Shown here: piece by piece, positions 59,601 through 64,000 of the stretch | How positions within the stretch are numbered: the first letter of the stretch is position 1 | How the letters are laid out: each line of letters starts with the position of its first letter | Origin: Gemmatimonadales bacterium | Lineage (GTDB): Bacteria > Gemmatimonadota > Gemmatimonadetes > Gemmatimonadales > GWC2-71-9 | Length of the DNA stretch: 64,000 nucleotides | Direction of reading: 5' to 3' | Assembly: GCA_041615815.1 (NCBI GenBank) | Contig: JBFJCP010000009.1 | Span: 32,001-96,000 of the forward strand | Notes under the pieces: generated by a model | What the model was told of the DNA's origin: nothing | What the model saw: the letters and a program-made list of their open reading frames with translations, nothing else | Database searches by the model: none | Position numbers and translations under genes: made by a program

Positions 59601-59896
59601 GTCTCCTTCTTCAGCTCGTCTTCGAGCCGGTGAACCTCGCGATCCAACGCATCTCGCAGCTCGGGATCTGCGCACCCGTGCTTCTCCTGGCGCTTGGCGT
59701 CCAGCTGCGCCTCGAGCGCGCCGAGCTGCTCTTCGAGCTTGGCCCGGAGCACGGTCGTCTGTCCCCGGACCTGTTCGTCGCTGTACGATGCAAGCTCGCG
59801 CTCGAACTCATGTATGCGATCGATGATAGGCTGAATCCGCTTGAGCTCACGCTCGAAGCGCGTGCCGATCACCTTGTTGACCAACGTCTTTAGCAT
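56642..59896 (-). CDS. secA: Preprotein translocase ATPase SecA
   Basis: [52 protein letters not shown]-terminal [19 protein letters not shown]. Confidence 0.99.
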   Translation of the reverse strand: MLKTLVNKVIGTRFERELKRIQPIIDRIHEFERELASYSDEQVRGQTTVLRAKLEEQLGALEAQLDAKRQEKHGCADPELRDALDREVHRLEDELKKETAGVLDDLLPEAFATVREACRRLQGTSVVVTGHEMTWDMVPYDVQLIGGLVLHQGKIAEMATGEGKTLVATLPLYLNALPGKGAHLVTVNDYLARRDSQWMGHLFQYLGLTVGCIDNTEPSSPERRAAYQCDITYGTNNEFGFDYLRDNMVFSLDQRVQREHTFAIIDEVDSILVDEARTPLIISGPVGNESDQKYRAFNTQVQTLARKQMAVVNQLIADVEPTLERDPSDYDAAVKTYLARLGTPRNKRLMKLMQEPQIQQVVQRVELDRIADRKLPPGQQRFRDLEEDLYFVMDEKGRSVHLTDRGVETMSPDDPDLFIVPDISEEMGAIDHDETLSAEEKVERRRSLEAEYAEKSEKLTIIHKLLQAHALYEKDVEYVVQDGQVFIVDEFTGRILPGRRWSDGLHQAIEAKEGVTVRGETQTLATITIQNYFRMYDKLSGMTGTAETEETEFFQIYGLEVMVIPTNRPVRRIDVDDQIYQTRREKYNAIIEEISRQHERGLPVLVGTTSVEVSETLARMLKRRGLKHEVLNAKQHEREAEIVAQAGRPAAITIATNMAGRGTDIKLQMGVKKCQVCGIKAKLAPFGQTQEVPDLSDQEIKQLGCNNDPPCGLVVLGTERHDARRIDRQLRGRSGRQGDPGQSLFFLSLEDRLMRLFMSERVARIMEKAGVEDGEVITHPWVTKAIENAQKRVELQNFQARKRLLEYDDVMNQQREVIYSLRLFALEGGEELKAEAVRMIEHALEGYARVEPDERPEEWDREFLATDLLMRYLISVPDVKDPEKVPDHHALETRLKQAGQESFRAKLTSWDELGGRYNAENLAEKVLSHVMLSLIDEKWKDHLFELDHLRSGIQYRAWGQKDPLIEYKKEAFDMFVDLMNDIRSTFTERFFKFQVQVGGEPPDRMRRPPPPPVTAEHPASDADLMMPGAVPAAAMAPRAMVTNRGPDGGEAAARAPVQRTGAKVGRNDPCPCGSGKKYKKCHGA

Positions 59897-60486
59897 GCGT
59901 CCCGTTCGGTTGTGTGCGTCGGAGCGGCGCGATAGAGCTGGCGCCGCTGGATGTACTCCTCCACCGCGGGGGGGACCAGGCGGCGCAACGACTGCCCACG
60001 TCGCGCCTGTTCGCGCACCATCGTCGCCGAAATGTCCACGGCGGGGACCGGCAACGTGCGCGCGCCGGCCAGCCGTGCGTCGAATCCGGGCCGGGTGAGG
60101 ACCACGACCTGAGCGAGATCCGAAATCGTCGCGACCTCATGCCACTGGGGAAAGTCGCGGGCCGCGTCCGCCCCAATCAGTAAAAATAACTCATCGTCCG
60201 GATACTCGGCCCGAAGCGCCCGGAGCGTCTCCACGGTGTACGACGGCCCCGGACGGGCCAGCTCGCGACCATCCAACCGAAATCGAGGGTCGACGGCGAT
60301 GGCGAGGCGCACCATCGTGGCGCGGTCGTGAGCGTCGGCGTGGTGGCGCTCCCGCTTGAAGGGCTGGGTCCGGGCTGGGACGAACAACACAGTGTCCAGT
60401 GGAAGCTGGTCGGCGGCCGCCGCGGCAACGGTCAGGTGCCCCCGATGGATGGGGTCGAAGGATCCTCCCAAAATGCCGATGCGCAC
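59890..60486 (-). CDS. nadD: Nicotinate-nucleotide adenylyltransferase
   Basis: [27 protein letters not shown]. Start at GTG 60486. Confidence 0.96.
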   Translation of the reverse strand: MRIGILGGSFDPIHRGHLTVAAAAADQLPLDTVLFVPARTQPFKRERHHADAHDRATMVRLAIAVDPRFRLDGRELARPGPSYTVETLRALRAEYPDDELFLLIGADAARDFPQWHEVATISDLAQVVVLTRPGFDARLAGARTLPVPAVDISATMVREQARRGQSLRRLVPPAVEEYIQRRQLYRAAPTHTTERDAC

Positions 60487-60493
60487 GTCGTCG

Positions 60494-61252
60494 TCAGAGC
60501 AAAGATGATGACAGCGGGCAGGCGTCGTCCAATTTCGGGGCGTCCGGATAGAACTGCCGCAGGTGTTCGCACGTCTCCCGCCGCTCTTCGATGTAGCCGA
60601 TCTTGCGATAGGCCTCGACCAGTTTGATGAGCGCCTGCGCGGCGAACTCGGAGCGCGGGTAGTTGGCGACCACATCCCGAAAATACAGGATGGCGGAGTC
60701 GAACGCATTCAGCCGGAAATAGAAGTTCCCGGCCTTGTAGGTCTTTTCGGCGAACTTCTCGTTCAGGGCGGTGATCCGCTGGCTCGCTTGGGTGGCCACC
60801 GGACTGTCGGCATACCGCGCCAGCACTTCACGGTAGATCGCCATCGCCGTCTCACCGTACGTGGGATCCAGCTCGGCCCGCTTCCAGAGCTCGGCGTTCA
60901 TGTCACCGGATCGGAGGAGCGCTTGCGGGGCCCGTGGGTGCTGCGGAAACTCATCCGCCACGCGACGGAACTCTCGGGCAGCCTCGATGCGGTTGCCCCC
61001 ATCGCTGAGACAATCCGCCAGATAGAACCGCACGTCGGCCAACCGCGCGTCCCGCGGTGGCAGGTCGAACACGAGCTGCGTCAGCGCCGGGCGGGCCTTC
61101 CCGCAGTCGCCGGCCTCGTACCACGCAACCGCGGCCGCCATGAGCGAGTCCGCGTCCGGATACAGGGAGGGTTTGAACCCCCCACCGCACGCCACAGCAC
61201 CCCAGAGGGTGGCGCACACACCGAGCGTCAACAATCCCCGTTGCACGTGCAA
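60494..61252 (-). CDS. bamD: Outer membrane protein assembly factor BamD
   Basis: Lipobox AVA-C, TPRs, ELDPTY, LNEKFAEK..AGNFYFR..SAILYF..V..YP. Confidence 0.88.
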   Translation of the reverse strand: MHVQRGLLTLGVCATLWGAVACGGGFKPSLYPDADSLMAAAVAWYEAGDCGKARPALTQLVFDLPPRDARLADVRFYLADCLSDGGNRIEAAREFRRVADEFPQHPRAPQALLRSGDMNAELWKRAELDPTYGETAMAIYREVLARYADSPVATQASQRITALNEKFAEKTYKAGNFYFRLNAFDSAILYFRDVVANYPRSEFAAQALIKLVEAYRKIGYIEERRETCEHLRQFYPDAPKLDDACPLSSSLL

Positions 61253-61261
61253 TTGTACCCG

Positions 61262-62197
61262 CTATTGGTTGTCGGTTCCGGGTGCGCGACCGATCAAGTT
61301 CAGTCGCTCGGCGGCGACCCGGGCCGTGGCATCGCCCGGTGGCGCTCCCTCCAGCGCCCGCTGATAGGCGGCGGCCGCACCAGCAAAGTCGCCTTGGGCG
61401 AGCCGCACATCGCCCAATCCCACATAGGCAGCCCGTTCATCCGGTCCTGCACCGGCCCCTTGGGCTGCACGTTGGAACCAGGCGGCCGCCGACTGCGGTT
61501 GCCCCCGATCCAGTGCGCGCTGTCCGAGCGCCAGCGCACACCGGGCCAGCTCTCGGCGCGCCTCCGGCACGACGGCGGGGACCCGCTCGCGTCGAACAAT
61601 ACTCTCGAGTGTCGATACGGCCTGCTCGCACCGACCAAGCCTGCGCTGGACCATGGCGTACACGTAGATGAGGGAGTCTTGGATGCGGGCGTCCGGAGCG
61701 CCGGCGGCGGCGAGGGTCAAGACGGCCAACGCTTCGGGCGAGCGGGGAACCTCGCCAAGCGAACGCGCAAGCTCGCCCGCGAACGGCCCCAACCCCCGGC
61801 CTGGTGCAACCCGCTGCAGCGCCGCGAGGGCGGCGGCGAGCGACGCCCGGTCCTGCTCCCGGATCGCGGCAGTGGCGACCTGTTCGAGCCCGGTGGCGGC
61901 TTCCTCCACCCGCCCGGCCCCGCCCTCGTCCGCCATGGCCAGGTATTCCTCGACCGCGGCGGTGAGGTCCCCAGACCGTAGCGCGGCCGCAGCGGCCTTG
62001 GCGCGCAAATCGGCGTCGGGAGCGTGCTGCACCAAGGCCAAGCGATATTCCGCAAGCGCGTCGGTGAACCGGCGCGTCGCGTACGCGCGGTCCCCCAGAA
62101 CTTCGTGGTCGACGGCGGAGCCAAAACACCCGCTCGTAACGAGCGTCACCGCGAGGGCCACCGACCTCGTCGGTGCCCAGCTACTGAACCGCGCCAC
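61262..62197 (-). CDS. TPR lipoprotein, hypothetical
   Basis: Lipobox-like TSG-C, Ala-rich helical repeats (AYVGLGDVRLAQGDFAGAAAAYQRAL). Confidence 0.7.
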   Translation of the reverse strand: MARFSSWAPTRSVALAVTLVTSGCFGSAVDHEVLGDRAYATRRFTDALAEYRLALVQHAPDADLRAKAAAAALRSGDLTAAVEEYLAMADEGGAGRVEEAATGLEQVATAAIREQDRASLAAALAALQRVAPGRGLGPFAGELARSLGEVPRSPEALAVLTLAAAGAPDARIQDSLIYVYAMVQRRLGRCEQAVSTLESIVRRERVPAVVPEARRELARCALALGQRALDRGQPQSAAAWFQRAAQGAGAGPDERAAYVGLGDVRLAQGDFAGAAAAYQRALEGAPPGDATARVAAERLNLIGRAPGTDNQ

Positions 62198-62924
62198 GCT
62201 CCAGCATAGCGAGATACGCCTTGGCCCTCAAATCTTCCGGACGTTCCCGCTGGAGCTGCTCCCACACGTCCCGTGCAGCCGCTGCATCCCCCGACACGTA
62301 ACAGGCGAGTCCCAGCGCCGCTTTGGGGTCGGCGGCCGTGGGACGAGCCCGGACCACCCGTTCGAACTCTTCTCGGGCCTCCAACGACCGCCCGGCTTCG
62401 AGCAGGAGTCGCCCCAAGCGGTACCGGAGATCGTGGAACTCCGGCCGCAGCCGCAACCCTGCCTGGTACTGTACGATCGCCTCGCCGAGAGCCCCTGCTT
62501 CGGCGTAGGCTTCACCCAACCCCGCGTGGAGATTGGCCAGCTTTCCCGAGTGATGGCGTGGCAATTCGCCCCGGGAGTCGCTGGCAATTTCCCGGGCGGT
62601 CGCGAACGCCTCCGTTGCCTCCTGCGAGTGTCCGAGCTCGCCGAGCACGATGCCGCGATGAATGTGTGCCTCGATATAACGCGGATTGAGTTCGAGGGCA
62701 CGATCGAACGACTCGAGCGCCCGGTCGGGTTGGCCCACGAGGTGGTACGACAATCCCACCATGTGATGAGCGTCCGCGAAGGCCCGGCCTTCCTCGATCA
62801 GCTCTTCGAGCAGGTGAATACACCCGTAGTAGTCCTGGAGCTCGAAGCGTTCCTTGGCGAGCTCAATGGCTTGTGACGGGCGAGCGGTCATGGAATCTCT
62901 CGTGGCGTTGGGCGCGGCGCTCAC
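62181..62924 (-). CDS. Tetratricopeptide repeat protein
   Basis: About 6 TPRs ([23 protein letters not shown]). ATG 62891 is an alternative start. Confidence 0.85.
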   Translation of the reverse strand: MSAAPNATRDSMTARPSQAIELAKERFELQDYYGCIHLLEELIEEGRAFADAHHMVGLSYHLVGQPDRALESFDRALELNPRYIEAHIHRGIVLGELGHSQEATEAFATAREIASDSRGELPRHHSGKLANLHAGLGEAYAEAGALGEAIVQYQAGLRLRPEFHDLRYRLGRLLLEAGRSLEAREEFERVVRARPTAADPKAALGLACYVSGDAAAARDVWEQLQRERPEDLRAKAYLAMLERGAVQ

Positions 62925-63871
62925 ATCGACCCCCGGTCAGCTACTAGCTGCGTGCGAAAGTAGTCGATCGTGCGGCGAAGCCCTTCCTCCAGCGGCACTT
63001 GGGGTTCCCAGTCCAAGAGACGCCTCGCGGTCGCGATGTCGGGCCGACGTTGCTTCGGGTCGTCGGTCGGCAGGTCTTCGTGCACGACAGGTGACTGTGA
63101 ACCCGTCAAATGGAGCACGATTTGGGCCAACTCCGCGACCGTAAACTCCGCGGGATTCCCCAAGTTGACCGGCTCCGGGCCGCCGCGCTCGAACAGACGC
63201 ACGATCCCCTCGATCAGATCATCGACGTAGCAAAACGACCGCGTTTGGCGCCCGCTCCCGTACACGGTGAGCGGCTCACCCACCAAGGCCTGTACAATGA
63301 AGTTGGAAACGACCCGTCCATCACTCTTTCGCATCCGGGGTCCATACGTATTGAAAATGCGCACGATCCTCGTGTCGAGCCCGTGATACCGGTGGTACGC
63401 CATGGTCATGGCTTCGGCAAACCGCTTGGCCTCATCATACACCCCACGCGGGCCGACGGGGTTCACATGTCCCCAATAGCTCTCCGGTTGGGGGTGGACC
63501 TGAGGGTCACCATACACTTCCGATGTACTTGCCAAAAAGAACCGAGCGTCCTTGGCTTTGGCCAGCCCCAGGGAATTGTGGGTCCCGAGTGACCCGACTT
63601 TCAGGGTTTGGATGGGGAGCTTGAGATAGTCCACGGGACTGGCGGGTGACGCCAGGTGAAACACCGCATCCAACGGACCCTCTACCTCGATGAACGTGCT
63701 CACGTCGTGCTGCAGGAACGTGAAGCCGGGCGTGTCCCACTGGTGTGCGAGGTTGGTTCTCGCACCCGTGATGTAATTGTCCATCGCGATCACCTCGTGC
63801 CCGTCTCCCACGAGGCGATCCGTCAGATGGGACCCGAGAAACCCGGCGGCTCCCGTGACAAGCACCCGCAC
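62921..63871 (-). CDS. UDP-glucuronic acid decarboxylase (UDP-xylose synthase)
   Basis: [51 protein letters not shown]. Confidence 0.94.
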   Translation of the reverse strand: MRVLVTGAAGFLGSHLTDRLVGDGHEVIAMDNYITGARTNLAHQWDTPGFTFLQHDVSTFIEVEGPLDAVFHLASPASPVDYLKLPIQTLKVGSLGTHNSLGLAKAKDARFFLASTSEVYGDPQVHPQPESYWGHVNPVGPRGVYDEAKRFAEAMTMAYHRYHGLDTRIVRIFNTYGPRMRKSDGRVVSNFIVQALVGEPLTVYGSGRQTRSFCYVDDLIEGIVRLFERGGPEPVNLGNPAEFTVAELAQIVLHLTGSQSPVVHEDLPTDDPKQRRPDIATARRLLDWEPQVPLEEGLRRTIDYFRTQLVADRGSM

Positions 63872-64000
63872 CTACGCCGGCCTCCGGCCAATGCTCACGT
63901 AGCGGAAGCCCATCGCGCGCATCTTGTCCGGATCGTACAGGTTGCGGCCGTCCACGATGAGGGGACGCTTCAGCAGCGACTTCATCCGCGGGAAGTCCGG
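63872..64000 (-). CDS. ugd: UDP-glucose 6-dehydrogenase, C-terminal fragment
   Basis: Manual translation gives [42 protein letters not shown], with the DGRN motif. Confidence 0.85.
   Translation of the reverse strand, partial: PDFPRMKSLLKRPLIVDGRNLYDPDKMRAMGFRYVSIGRRPA

Noticed and set aside
57734..59893. Long antisense ORFs on the + strand (e.g. 719 aa opposite secA, 559 aa at 29771-31450, 523 aa at 22986-24557) and 598 aa on - opposite ppiD
   Set aside because: They lie opposite well-supported genes, have no recognisable motifs, and are the expected shadow of GC-rich codon usage.

Overview
GC-rich bacterial chromosomal window of about 57 tightly packed protein-coding genes. All but two lie on the minus strand. 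Gene content and protein features (FCB-type long SecA, Bacteroidota-like LptD C-terminus, overall gene order) suggest Gemmatimonadota; this is an inference. Contents from left to right: the tail of a polysaccharide locus (2 deacetylases, GT4, divergent phosphodiesterase-like gene); rarA, ZIP transporter, cca, epimerase, SDR, PHP phosphatase, alaS, recX, recA, yraN; ftsK, comB, accC, pilT, accB, efp, M24 peptidase, aroQ; two giant TPR/acidic-disordered proteins flanking surA/ppiD, tatA, DUF4321 and a polyprenyl synthase; hutIUH; a lipoprotein with a sigma54-type promoter; a single 1171-aa ORF fusing TatC to LptD; the tol-pal genes, an epimerase and hemA; lysM, ssb, rimI, tsaB, tsaE, uvrB, rel, radC, secA, nadD, bamD, two TPR genes, uxs and ugd. 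No rRNA, tRNA, CRISPR array or mobile element was recognised. Most notable observations: (1) the TatC-signal peptide-LptD polyprotein; (2) three genes apparently starting at CUG; (3) six genes with a leaderless-mRNA promoter signature; (4) a 4-Cys insertion in SecA; (5) pilT inserted between accB and accC; (6) a direct-repeat operator candidate at recA. All calls are by eye from motifs; no database searches were run.
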